A stretch of 64,000 bases of DNA from Gammaproteobacteria bacterium (lineage in GTDB: Bacteria; Pseudomonadota; Gammaproteobacteria; CAJXQU01): the NCBI GenBank assembly GCA_965238175.1, contig CBDEGZ010000003.1, positions 928,001 through 992,000 on the forward strand, given 5' to 3'. Below the pieces are notes generated by a model, which was not told where the DNA came from, did not search any database, and saw only the letters and a list, made by a program, of their open reading frames with translations. Position 1 is the stretch's first letter, and each line of letters opens with the position of its first letter. Made by a program: the position numbers and the translations under genes. This document shows positions 51,125 to 61,180 of the stretch, piece after piece.

Positions 51125-51202
51125 TGGGGCAAATAAACCGATGCTGCCTAACAAGTTCGGGCAACGCATTTCTCGTTTTGTCGTTATTCTCTATAAATAT
51201 CA

Positions 51203-51400
51203 TTAATACATAGGTGAGTTTTCAATCAGTTCCCGCAGGCCATTAAGGAGCGGCCCAAGGTCATCACCCTCAATGATTTTTATTACTTCTTCTTCATGGT
51301 CGGCCAGTTCCGCAATTAACGTACCGTAGGCTTTCATATAAATCCGGTAGTGGTAGAGCGTTTTGGCATTAACCGACATTTGCAAGCACTCCTTCCTCAC
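51203..51400 (-). CDS. Small hypothetical protein
   Basis: Overlaps the resolvase end; GAGGAAGGAG RBS before an internal ATG. Confidence 0.45.
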   Translation of the reverse strand: MRKECLQMSVNAKTLYHYRIYMKAYGTLIAELADHEEEVIKIIEGDDLGPLLNGLRELIENSPMY

Positions 51401-51959
51401 TCACCTGCGAAATAATCCGCGAGACAGTGCGCACAGATACATCAAACTGACTTGCAATTTGCGCCGGGGTTAAACCGGGTTGTTCTTGTAATAAACTTTG
51501 CGCATAAATTATTTCATCATCTGAAAGCTTACGCGGCCTGCCGATATGCACCCCGCGCTTTCGCGCCGCATCCATCCCGGCAATCGTGCGCTCACGTATC
51601 AAATTACGTTCCAGTTCAGAAAACGCATGACGCACTTGATACATGCACTTTCCCATCGGCGTAGTGGTATCAATCGCCTCAGTTAAACAGCGGAACTCAA
51701 CGCCGCGCCTTTCAAATTCTTCGAGCGTATCCAGTGCATTTTTTAATGAGCGAAAGGCCCTGTCCATTTTCCAGACCACCAACACATCACCTTCTTGCAA
51801 GCATGCTAACGCCTGTTCAAATCCGGGCCGGGTTTTGGCTATGGCCGAGACACCTTCATCTTCAAAGACAGGATGGCATCCGGCATCGAGTAAGGCATCA
51901 CGTTGTAAATCGAGATTTTGTTCTTGTGTGCTGACACGGGCGTAACCGATAACGGCCAT
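51369..51959 (-). CDS. Small serine recombinase (resolvase/invertase)
   Basis: IGYARVSTQEQ, LVVWKMDR, ERNLIRERT and a C-terminal HTH. Confidence 0.95.
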   Translation of the reverse strand: MAVIGYARVSTQEQNLDLQRDALLDAGCHPVFEDEGVSAIAKTRPGFEQALACLQEGDVLVVWKMDRAFRSLKNALDTLEEFERRGVEFRCLTEAIDTTTPMGKCMYQVRHAFSELERNLIRERTIAGMDAARKRGVHIGRPRKLSDDEIIYAQSLLQEQPGLTPAQIASQFDVSVRTVSRIISQVSEEGVLANVG

Positions 51960-52008
51960 AGGTTTCTCCTACTTGTTTAATATCATTAACCCTTTGCGCC
52001 GAAGTATA

Positions 52009-52126
52009 GACAAAAGGGAACCCTTTTGACTTATGCTCATAAACACCTCCTGTCAACCTAAAAACCCGCGCATTTAGCGGCATAAAACCCATGATTGTGA
52101 TTATGGCAAAAGGGTTCCCTTTTGCC
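52009..52126. promoter_or_regulatory. Probable res site
   Basis: Two related palindromes CAAAAGGG-AA-CCCTTTTG and GGCAAAAGGG-TT-CCCTTTTGCC upstream of the resolvase. Confidence 0.6.
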
Positions 52127-52139
52127 GAACCTTAAGTGT

Positions 52140-52382
52140 ATGAAAAACAATGTATATTTCGGTTTTTTGGTTGTGGTTTTTTTAGTTGTTTTATTCGTGT
52201 TTTCTTATAGGGCAGCATTCGCACAGGAGGAATTATTATCTGCAAAAAATGATTATATTACCTGCTGGAAGCAACCGTGTGTGTTGGTAGAAGGCAGTAT
52301 CTGGTCAGAAAAAAATCCCAATGGTGTGGCGGTTAGTGTGGCGATGGGCACAAAACCACTTATTCTACAACCAGCGCTTTAG
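52140..52382 (+). pseudogene. 3'-truncated exported protein
   Basis: Signal peptide; the ORF collides with the convergent ORF, suggesting a deletion junction. Confidence 0.4.
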
Positions 52383-52950
52383 CATTATTCAAATTGTTCT
52401 GCTTCTGCGCCCACTGCGCATAATCACCATACTCTGGATGGTCTTTATATTCATTTTTAATGCTGCCATCGGGGTTAAGCATTTCGTTGATAAGATGTGC
52501 CTCTAACCGTTCACGGTAATCAGCCATACTCTCATCGGGATTACGCTGTGGGATTTCATCTTCATCCAATATTTGCAACGCCAATTTTTCCCGCCATTCT
52601 TCACCGTCACGCGCCTGAAACTTTTCTTCCAACGCTTTGATATCGGCTTCCATCCGCTGGAGAGAAGCGCGGACTTGCTCTATTAATTCGGTAATTTGCG
52701 CCGTTTGGCGTTCTTTGTTCTTGCGGGTTTTGGCCTGTTTGGATTGTACGCCGGTGGCCGCGCCACCGCGTTCAATCACACCATCAACCGAACCACCGGG
52801 CTGACCCAGCAGGATTTGGTTTTCTTTTTCGATGAATTCTTGGTGACGCAACGCGTTAAACTCTTCGTCCGACAGGCAGGTGTCACAGTGAATAAAAGTA
52901 TCGGTTAATCCGCCGGATAGTCGCAGAGTATCGGTAGTCGGTTTAACCAT
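52360..52950 (-). CDS. Hypothetical protein (possibly 3'-truncated)
   Basis: 196-aa charged, coiled-coil-like ORF. Confidence 0.55.
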   Translation of the reverse strand: MVKPTTDTLRLSGGLTDTFIHCDTCLSDEEFNALRHQEFIEKENQILLGQPGGSVDGVIERGGAATGVQSKQAKTRKNKERQTAQITELIEQVRASLQRMEADIKALEEKFQARDGEEWREKLALQILDEDEIPQRNPDESMADYRERLEAHLINEMLNPDGSIKNEYKDHPEYGDYAQWAQKQNNLNNAKALVVE

Positions 52951-53190
52951 AGATCGCCCCGCTTGAAAGTCGGGTCGCCGAAAAACCGCGATATGCTACT
53001 GCATATCGAAGATTAAGAATAACGGCGTTATTCTTAATCACTGTTAAGCAAATATCAGACACACTACACCCCATTGTCCCTACCTCCCTGTGCTCTTAGT
53101 CATTATTATTCCCATAAATACTACCGGGAATTGATTAAAAAATACTTAATACAACTAAAATGGGAAGTGTGAAAAGTACGTAAAAATCGG

Positions 53191-53697
53191 TTACCGTTCG
53201 CGGTCTTTATCCCGGTTAGATTTTGTCCGTATTTTCTGCCGATGTTCACGTACCTGCTTATTCAGGGCTTTATCATCCCGGTCAATCACATTCAGGTTAC
53301 GGTTTCTTGCATTCTCCCGCACCTGTTCAATCGTGGTTTTAATCAAGCCTTGCGGTAAATAACCGTAGGCCAATTCACCAAATTGGGTTTTTCTCACATC
53401 CGGGCCTTGCCATGTAAAACGGTTCACTTCACGGGTGATGATCCAAGATTGATCATCATCTAGCTTTAGACGTTGTTTCGTGGCTAACGGAATTTCTTTA
53501 GCCTGAGTTAAGTCGTCAGGGGGTGTATGCGTAATCGGACAGATAAAGACTTCGGTTTCATCGAACTCATTCAAGCGTTTATGAACAATGACGCAAGGCC
53601 GGGCTTTACGTCCTTCCTCGTGTCCTCGTTGTTGTTCATCCCGCCAAAGATACAAATGACGGATAACCAAGCCTATTTCAGGGGTATCCTCCGCCAT
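53191..53697 (-). CDS. PemK/MazF-like toxin
   Basis: YLWRDE..G.EEGRKARPCVIV, PITHTPP and VNRFTWQGPD motifs. Confidence 0.75.
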   Translation of the reverse strand: MAEDTPEIGLVIRHLYLWRDEQQRGHEEGRKARPCVIVHKRLNEFDETEVFICPITHTPPDDLTQAKEIPLATKQRLKLDDDQSWIITREVNRFTWQGPDVRKTQFGELAYGYLPQGLIKTTIEQVRENARNRNLNVIDRDDKALNKQVREHRQKIRTKSNRDKDRER

Positions 53698-53703
53698 TAC
53701 TGA

Positions 53704-53964
53704 TTATGAGGATTTATATTCGTGGTCGAATTGTTGGGTTTCTTTGGGAATGGGTAACGTACCTAATTCGTCGATAACCTCTTTGGGTAATTCGTTGGCA
53801 TAGAAGGTTTGTTGGTCAAGCTGGCGTAAGCGGCTGTACTCTTCTGCCGAAATCAGTGCTAAATCATCCCGCCCATGGTTGGTGATGATGACCGCCCCCT
53901 TATGGGCTTCGGTACGAAAGCGACCAAATTCCTTTTGGAATTCCGCTGATGTGATTTTGTTCAT
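53704..53964 (-). CDS. Phd/YefM family antitoxin
   Basis: ITSAEFQKEFG, VIITNHGR and LISAEEYSRL. Confidence 0.88.
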   Translation of the reverse strand: MNKITSAEFQKEFGRFRTEAHKGAVIITNHGRDDLALISAEEYSRLRQLDQQTFYANELPKEVIDELGTLPIPKETQQFDHEYKSS

Positions 53965-54303
53965 GGTGATATCTCCTAATCCTATATCGGCATTAAATGC
54001 CTATTATTTATATTATCCGTAAAATATGGATTTTACAAGAAGAATATATTCCTACCTTTTTATGCCTGTCTGGAAGAGTTGTTCTTTATTCTGGCTGTCT
54101 ATCGGGAAACTGAGATAACTCAGTTTCCAACGCCTCAGACAGAGTGTTGCGTTCATCAACATTATCAAGGCTAAGTCCATCGTGTTGTTCAAGGATAGTC
54201 GAGATAATCTCGCGTAAACTTCGACTATTTTCTTTTTTATCTGTGTGTTTTTGATTTGGCATTTTAGTATCCTTTGCGTTGTTGTTTTTGCCTCTTTTTC
54301 AGC

Positions 54304-54822
54304 CTAATGGCTCCAGAATATATGCGCTTCTTGACAGCCCGTTTCGATAGTGTAAATATCGCCGCCCATTTCCATGTCACGCCCCATGCGTTCATAGTCG
54401 ATATAGAACGCTAAATGTTCTGGAATATCGGTGGTGGTGTCTTCGGTGAGTTGCTGGGCGTAACCGGCCACACTTTCATATTCACCACTGTAATTTTCTT
54501 CTAAGGCTTTTCGGGCATCTTCGATGTCACCGCACCAATGATTTAAAACCGCTGCTCCCAACTCGCCGTGTTCTTCAATAAACAGGGCTTTATTGTTGGC
54601 ACTTTCCAATCCTTCATATTCTGAAAGTTCGACACCGCCAAATCCTTCGTAATCATGCAGCGAATATTCTTCTGCATCTTCAATAGGGCTGGCTTTCAGC
54701 ATGTCTCGGACAGCTTTCAAGATATCCTGTAAATCCTGCGTCGCATCAATCCATGCACCATGCAAAATACCGTTGTTGTAAGCGGCTAAATCTGCCACGT
54801 GAATTTTAGGTTCTATGTTCAT
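54304..54822 (-). CDS. ardA: Antirestriction protein ArdA
   Basis: VADLAAYNNGILHGAWIDA, HDYEGF and YIDYERMGRD; highly acidic. Confidence 0.93.
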   Translation of the reverse strand: MNIEPKIHVADLAAYNNGILHGAWIDATQDLQDILKAVRDMLKASPIEDAEEYSLHDYEGFGGVELSEYEGLESANNKALFIEEHGELGAAVLNHWCGDIEDARKALEENYSGEYESVAGYAQQLTEDTTTDIPEHLAFYIDYERMGRDMEMGGDIYTIETGCQEAHIFWSH

Positions 54823-55191
54823 TGTCTTTTCTCCTAAATCGTTGCTGAGGTTTATGAAGCAGCTTTTGCGCTGCTCATGAACCTCTGGCGACTAGGCCGA
54901 CTAGCGGACGTGAGAATTCCAGAAAAATTGCGGAGTGTCTGCGCCTTTTGTGGCGTAGAAACCGTCATTATTCTTGAATTTGAGGGGAACAAGACCCCCT
55001 CTCTTTTGGGGCGTTGCGGGGTATCCCGCTAGAAAGGGGTGCCGGAAAACGCAGCTTTTGCTGCGGTTGAAGCAGGTGGAAGGCTTTCCCCCCCACAAAG
55101 CTATATTCATATTAAAAGACAGCTCTGCTATCGACTGCTATGATAAAGCGATGTATAAAAACGTGTTTATTGGTTAAATTAGAGAGTCCTG

Positions 55192-55974
55192 ATGGCAGAA
55201 ACACAAATCGAATGGACAGATGCGACGTGGAATCCAGTTGCAGGTTGCTCTCTCGCAAGTGCCGGTTGCAAACACTGCTACGCCATGCAAATGGCTAGAC
55301 GACTTGAGGCCATGGGGATCGACAAATACAAAGGACTTACTCAGAAGCGAGGCAAAAATGTCACATGGAATGGTATTGTTAAAGAAGATAAATCTTCTTT
55401 ATTAATTCCCTATACGTGGAAAAAACCGCGTAAAATTTTCGTAAATTCAATGAGCGACTTATTTCACGAAGATGTCAGTGAGGCATTTATTCTTTCTGTC
55501 TGGAAAGTGATGCGCGAAACACCACAGCATAATTATCAAATATTGACTAAGCGTCCAGAAAGAATGCATCAAATCGTCTCCAAGAAAATCAAAATAGTAC
55601 TGCCAAATGTTTGGTTAGGCACGAGTGTTGAAAACGCAGAAGTCACTGAACGAATAAACCACTTACGCAAGATTCCTGCTGCCATAAGGTTTATCTCCTT
55701 TGAGCCACTTATTGACTCTGTTGGTTCTGTTAATTTGAAGAATATTCACTGGGCGATTGTTGGTGGTGAAAGCGGCAACAAAGCCAGACCTATAAAAGAA
55801 GAATGGATTGATGAAATTCATGAACAGTGTGATCTCTACGATACGGCCTTCTTCTTTAAACAATGGGGTTCTTGGGGGAAAGACAATCAAAAACGATCTA
55901 AAAAAGCCAATGGCCGTGAATATAGGGGTAGAACGTGGGATGAAATGCCCATAACAGGTAATGTAGCAATGTAA
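55192..55974 (+). CDS. DUF5131 (phage Gp37/Gp68) radical-SAM-like protein
   Basis: IEWTDATWNPVAGC-x6-CKHCYA, FVNSMSDLFH, LTKRP, GGESG and FFKQWG. Confidence 0.92.
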   Translation: MAETQIEWTDATWNPVAGCSLASAGCKHCYAMQMARRLEAMGIDKYKGLTQKRGKNVTWNGIVKEDKSSLLIPYTWKKPRKIFVNSMSDLFHEDVSEAFILSVWKVMRETPQHNYQILTKRPERMHQIVSKKIKIVLPNVWLGTSVENAEVTERINHLRKIPAAIRFISFEPLIDSVGSVNLKNIHWAIVGGESGNKARPIKEEWIDEIHEQCDLYDTAFFFKQWGSWGKDNQKRSKKANGREYRGRTWDEMPITGNVAM

Positions 55975-55993
55975 AACAGAGTGGTTTTGTTAC

Positions 55994-57247
55994 GTGGTAA
56001 AGAAAAAAATTGATTGGGAAGGTGGCGCTGAACTTGAAGACCACACAAAGAAAAAGCATACTATTCTTGAGAAATATTTTAGAGAATATCTGATTATTCG
56101 TTGCCAGTTACCCCAACAGGAAAAATTCAGACTGGCTATAGTTGATGGGTTTTCTGGAGCAGGTCAATACAAGTGCGGCAGTTATGGCTCACCTCTCATA
56201 TTTGTAGACGTACTCAGAAAAACCACAAATGAGATTAATTTACGCCGCGTAAATCAGGGTATACGCCCTATCCAGATCGAGTGTTTATTAATCTTGAATG
56301 ATTACGAGAAGTCTGCCGTTGAACTGCTTCGTAAAAATATTTCTCCTCTCTTAGTCGAGGCAAAAGATAATAACGACAAACTCTATATAGAAACTGAATT
56401 CTTAAATGGAGCATTTGAGACAGTTTATCCCCAGATAAAAAAGAGATTGTTAACTGCAAGATGCAATAACGTGTTGTTCAATTTGGATCAGTGTGGTTAT
56501 TCACTTGTTCCAACAATTATTATTAGTGACATAGTGAGTACATGGCGTTCGGCTGAAATTCTTCTTACATTTATGATCAAAAGTATGTTGACATATTTAT
56601 CTGCGAAAGAAGGAGCGAATAATGTTCCTTTAGAGCCTGAAATGAAGCAAAAGATCGATGCTTTATTGAGCGATAGCGATAACCTTCTTGGGAAAAAGGA
56701 ATGGCTAGGTGAAGCTGAGAAAATTGCTCACGCTCATCTCCAAAACTGCGCAACATATGTGAGCCCCTTTTCAATCAATAACCCCTCTGGTTGGCGTTAT
56801 TGGTTGATGCATTTTGCTAATGCGTATCGCGCTCGGCAAGTCTACAACGACATACTCCATCAGGTTAGTGCATCGCAAGCACATTACGGGCGACCAGGTT
56901 TGAATATGTTGTCATATGATCCTCAAGAAGAAGGGCAGCTATATTTATTTAGCGATGACTCCAGACAATCTGCGAAAGAGGCATTGTATGACGATATTCC
57001 AAGGTTTGTAGCGGCATCGGGTGACACGCTTGCCATGCAGGATTTCTATGCTGCTGCATATAGCGAGACACCAGCTCATAGTGATGATATTCATGAAATG
57101 ATTATTCAGAACCCTGATATGGAAGTCGTCACTGAATCAGGCGGCAACCGCCGAAAGGCTAACACGATTAAAGCAAATGATACTTTGAAGCTCAAGAGCC
57201 AGAAAAGTATGTTTTTTATGTTTTCAGATGTCCCCGAAAAAAAATAA
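55994..57247 (+). CDS. tcmP: Three-Cys-motif partner protein (TcmP, methyltransferase-like fold)
   Basis: HTKKKHTILEKYF, IVDGFSGAG.Y..GSYGSP and LFNLDQCGY; adjacent to DUF5131. Confidence 0.82.
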   Translation: MVKKKIDWEGGAELEDHTKKKHTILEKYFREYLIIRCQLPQQEKFRLAIVDGFSGAGQYKCGSYGSPLIFVDVLRKTTNEINLRRVNQGIRPIQIECLLILNDYEKSAVELLRKNISPLLVEAKDNNDKLYIETEFLNGAFETVYPQIKKRLLTARCNNVLFNLDQCGYSLVPTIIISDIVSTWRSAEILLTFMIKSMLTYLSAKEGANNVPLEPEMKQKIDALLSDSDNLLGKKEWLGEAEKIAHAHLQNCATYVSPFSINNPSGWRYWLMHFANAYRARQVYNDILHQVSASQAHYGRPGLNMLSYDPQEEGQLYLFSDDSRQSAKEALYDDIPRFVAASGDTLAMQDFYAAAYSETPAHSDDIHEMIIQNPDMEVVTESGGNRRKANTIKANDTLKLKSQKSMFFMFSDVPEKK

Positions 57248-57473
57248 AAGGCCTTCTCACTTTATGCACGTGGGTATCCCTTCGCTATCTCACTAGAGCT
57301 TTACCTAGGGGGAGCACAGCAAATGCATGATGGCTAAGTGCAGGTGGAAAGGCATTTTTCCAAGCCCTGCGAGTGATTAAAACGGCGATACGTTTGACTG
57401 GAGCAATAGGCTCAATGCCTAATTTGCACCAGCGCTAGAGGTATCCAACAGGAGAACGCAGTGTCTCCTTTGG

Positions 57474-57526
57474 CAAGCGGCTTTGTACTACCATTTAGGA
57501 AAATGGTAGTACAAAGCACTGCTTGC
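57474..57526. other. Candidate oriT hairpin
   Basis: GCAAGC-GG-CTTTGTACTACCATTT-AGGA-AAATGGTAGTACAAAG-CACT-GCTTGC; 16-bp perfect arms and a CTTGC nic-like end. Confidence 0.5.
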
Positions 57527-57817
57527 GTGAAGCGACATGTGTAGTAGTCCCCGATACTTTGCGTTTAATGCTTATATCAGCTTCTGGAGTAAGCTAGCTA
57601 CCCATAGACGGCTATTATTGTTTGTAAACCCGATAATTACATGCTTGATTCTGGGGTATGACTGTATTCGAAGTTTAGGCCGATTGACCTTTCTTTTTAG
57701 CCGCTACTGAGTATGAAAATAGTTTCAACTCCATGGGATGTAACTGAAAAAAATGCCATCATTTATTACGCACCATTTGCTTATAAACAAATGGCAAAAC
57801 GAAAGAAGCGACTGTTC

Positions 57818-58027
57818 TTACAAGTAATAATCAGAAGGACTGCTTGTCTCGGCTTGGAACGATATGATTTCTTTATCTGCTTCCCAAGGAAGGCGCATTG
57901 ATTTTTTCAAAAATACAGTCTGATACTTTTTATCAGTTTCAAGCCCATTTTCAACAATCATCTCTATCGCTTTATCATGTATCTGAATCTTCCTACCAGA
58001 AGCTTTCTCCGTAAACTCTATCAACAT
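57818..58027 (-). CDS. Small hypothetical protein
   Basis: 69-aa ORF with AAGG RBS, last in a minus-strand run. Confidence 0.45.
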   Translation of the reverse strand: MLIEFTEKASGRKIQIHDKAIEMIVENGLETDKKYQTVFLKKSMRLPWEADKEIISFQAETSSPSDYYL

Positions 58028-58059
58028 TTCATACCTTTCTGACTTGAGAGTTTTTTTAG

Positions 58060-58521
58060 TTATGTCTTTGTTACCGAATCTTTTAGCTTTTGTATACCAT
58101 TATCTTTACCTTTTGCGTAATCATCGTCAAGAAGAGCATTTCTATCATTAATTTGTTTAAAAGTGTTCCAGAAAAACTTGTCTACTTCTTTTACAACCGC
58201 TCCATACTCCGCCTTGGTGACATGAGGCAACGTGGACAAGACGTCAAGATACGTGCTTCTAATCTGGTATTCGGAACGGCCATTTCCATTTCTCTCAAGT
58301 AGAGCATCAATATAATTTATAAGTGATAATAAAGAATTTTTAGCCAATAAATGCTGGTGCCTTTTTTCTCTACGCGAAATTAATATCTCAGCTTGATAGC
58401 TTGTAAAAAGCTGTAATAAAAGTGAAATGAAGACTCCAGCAAATAAGTAAACCATTCCATTGGGCATTGACTCCATTGTCATGGTAATGGCTTGTTTAAA
58501 ATCATTAATTAATGTGCACAT
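58060..58521 (-). CDS. Hypothetical protein with one TM helix
   Basis: 3 nt downstream of the ATPase stop; TM segment GMVYLFAGVFISLLLQLF. Confidence 0.65.
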   Translation of the reverse strand: MCTLINDFKQAITMTMESMPNGMVYLFAGVFISLLLQLFTSYQAEILISRREKRHQHLLAKNSLLSLINYIDALLERNGNGRSEYQIRSTYLDVLSTLPHVTKAEYGAVVKEVDKFFWNTFKQINDRNALLDDDYAKGKDNGIQKLKDSVTKT

Positions 58522-58524
58522 TAA

Positions 58525-61053
58525 TTAGATACCATAAGCTACAGGGAAAATCTTACTAAAATAATTGTGAAAGCTCTTGTATTCGTTATATAACTCTTCC
58601 TGAGCTGGAAGCTCATCTTTTTTCACAGCGTAGTAGTAAACATCCTCAATAGATTTTTTAACAATCAAATCTGTATTAAATAGATTGCAATCAATGTTTG
58701 ATAAATCTCCCCATACGTTTACGTACTTTTTCATCTCCACCTCTTGCGCAGCTTTTAACAAACCCATAAAACGAACTACCTTTCGAAGTTTGTGCCCCAT
58801 GACTTTTACATAGCAGTGGGGGTAATCTTCTCTCACGAGATAAGAATAATTGAACATAGTTATGTATTGAAACGGTGCATATTCTAAGGACTGAGGGTTT
58901 TGATATAAATTAGGTAGCCCTAGTTCCTTATTCCGAATTTCAACTCTCGGTAATATACTTAGCCGATGAGTTTCAGGTGGGAGTGGCAATTTTGGGTCAT
59001 CAATTACTAATTGCGTATATAAAAAATCAGCCACCAAGGGCAGATCATCACTATTTGCATCTTCATGAAAAAGTTCCTTAGCTCTAGGCGTAAGCTCGAT
59101 ATTTTCATGGTCAAATTTCTGTTTCCTCAGGCTAGAGAGTCGTCTTTCTACCTGCAATAATCTTGGGCCTTGTTGAATGCGTTGAAGTCTGGTTATAGTC
59201 TTACAAAAACTTATGATATCGTAAAACCCATTAGGGTTGCCTTCACCACTTCTATTATTTGGGTAATCGCAAAAATGTTCTAACAACTCCTTCAACCTGA
59301 TCTTCCCGTTTGTTTTTAAAAAGTCCACAATCATTGGTATTAGCCAATAATCTGGTGTGCTTGGCCGTTCTTCATTGGTATAGGCTAAAAACACATTTGG
59401 GAAATGGGAGTTATGCTCTGAAAAACGAATTCTATGCCTAGAGGCTTGCACCATGATTGCAAGGTTTGGTTTCTTAAAAATCCTATTTTGCGCATTAACA
59501 TTTAGTTTATCGTGAGAAGAGTCCTGTTGCACCCATGAGAATGCTTTAAAAACTCTTATCGCGTCACGGAGGCCTGAGCCCGATAGTTTTACTATCCTAT
59601 CAATTGACTTTGCATGCCTATTATTCATTGCCTTTACTGAAACAGGATTTTTTTCATAGTCACTTAGTTTTTTTGCGAGATCACTTACGGTTTTTACTAG
59701 GGCATTGATTTGTTTGATATGGTTTATTACCTTATGGTTCTTTTCATCTTGTGAGTTTAGGGTATCAAAGGAATCGTTCAGAGCCTTTCTTAACTCACTC
59801 AAAGTGGCATTCATATCCAAAAAGGTATCGGGTAATTCAATAAGACTTTCATCGGTGGGTTTCTTATGATTGATCAGTTCACACTGCAATAAAAGTCGAC
59901 ATCCAATAGCTAGGTAATGTAAACGTTTGAGAATAATTAACTGTGCAGGTGCTTTTGAAGTTGAGTGAAGCGAGTATGTGTTTTCTGATGAAATTAGCTT
60001 ATCTCCACCACCTGCAGATATTGATGAAGAAAGTTGCTCTAGAAGACTATATGAATCTTTTCTAAGTATAATTAGTATCGCCCCACAAACCTTTGACCAA
60101 TTTCTATTTGATGAAAGAAGATTTCCTAAAACAGTTATAAACGAAAACAAGCACTTCTGTTTTTTGTCCTTGATTTTTGTCTTGCCATTTTTCACCGATA
60201 TAGTTTGTATTTCGTCATTCTCATGAAAAACAAAGTCAATATTATCTAAGATGATGATAACATTCCGCTTTGAGGCTCTTTTTAGATAGCCTAAGTACTC
60301 TATAGTCTCAACTTCTGCTTTATGTTCTTCTTTCTTCTGAACATACTTAAATATATTCTTCTCGTATGTTTCAAAGGCATCTTTATCATTTTCAGAAAAA
60401 AAGTTAACTTCTTTGTGAGTGGTTAAGCTCTCTCGTACTTGATTCACTTTTCTTACAACTTCAAGACAGAATTGATTCATATCGAAACCATCACGATAGA
60501 ATTGTTGTAGGTTTATTCTAATGAACCATATCTTATCGTTCTGAATCGAGTTTGCTATTAAATGTGACGACAGAATATAACTAAGAAATGATGACTTTCC
60601 AGAGCCAACATCACCGACTATGGAGAAAACTGAACTACGGCGATTAACTGAGCTTTTAATAAAAACCCTTTGAAAAAATTCGTCGATGGATTTTTCTGCA
60701 GACTCTTCTAATTGCGAGCCATGACTTTGCCCTTGCCCATGATGCACCATAGGCAAATCAAGAAGTTTTAGAATGTAATAATATCTTCTTAAAATATCAT
60801 TCCTTCCCCCCGAAGTTAAAAGGGCATCTTCAGGAATATTTTGAGGATTATCTAAAGCCTTTCCATTTAGAAGCCCACTGGCATCAAAACTTATAGCCTG
60901 TTCATCAAAAACAAATTGGAATAATTTATCTAGCTCATTATACCTTGCTCTAAAAGGACCCTCATCGTTATTAACCAATGGATTAACGGTTGATAAGCTG
61001 CCCTCATGTTCTGACGTACAATCACGATATGTAAACCAATTAGGATTTGTCAT
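58525..61053 (-). CDS. Large P-loop NTPase domain protein of unknown function
   Basis: Walker A GDVGSGKS, Walker B IIILDNID, sensor-like LIILRKDSY; AT-rich coding sequence. Confidence 0.8.
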   Translation of the reverse strand: MTNPNWFTYRDCTSEHEGSLSTVNPLVNNDEGPFRARYNELDKLFQFVFDEQAISFDASGLLNGKALDNPQNIPEDALLTSGGRNDILRRYYYILKLLDLPMVHHGQGQSHGSQLEESAEKSIDEFFQRVFIKSSVNRRSSVFSIVGDVGSGKSSFLSYILSSHLIANSIQNDKIWFIRINLQQFYRDGFDMNQFCLEVVRKVNQVRESLTTHKEVNFFSENDKDAFETYEKNIFKYVQKKEEHKAEVETIEYLGYLKRASKRNVIIILDNIDFVFHENDEIQTISVKNGKTKIKDKKQKCLFSFITVLGNLLSSNRNWSKVCGAILIILRKDSYSLLEQLSSSISAGGGDKLISSENTYSLHSTSKAPAQLIILKRLHYLAIGCRLLLQCELINHKKPTDESLIELPDTFLDMNATLSELRKALNDSFDTLNSQDEKNHKVINHIKQINALVKTVSDLAKKLSDYEKNPVSVKAMNNRHAKSIDRIVKLSGSGLRDAIRVFKAFSWVQQDSSHDKLNVNAQNRIFKKPNLAIMVQASRHRIRFSEHNSHFPNVFLAYTNEERPSTPDYWLIPMIVDFLKTNGKIRLKELLEHFCDYPNNRSGEGNPNGFYDIISFCKTITRLQRIQQGPRLLQVERRLSSLRKQKFDHENIELTPRAKELFHEDANSDDLPLVADFLYTQLVIDDPKLPLPPETHRLSILPRVEIRNKELGLPNLYQNPQSLEYAPFQYITMFNYSYLVREDYPHCYVKVMGHKLRKVVRFMGLLKAAQEVEMKKYVNVWGDLSNIDCNLFNTDLIVKKSIEDVYYYAVKKDELPAQEELYNEYKSFHNYFSKIFPVAYGI

Positions 61054-61180
61054 AATTTTCTCAACTTGTATTTATATGTTTTTATATGAATTTCGTTGTG
61101 CTAATTTATGAATTCAAATATTTTGGTTTTTATTTTTCGATAGTTTAGAATAAAGTAAGAATCCACACTAAGCGTTATGC

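Noticed and set aside
55192-55974. Prophage, suggested by the Gp37/Gp68 family name
   Set aside because: No structural, terminase or lysis genes; the context is a mobilizable element.
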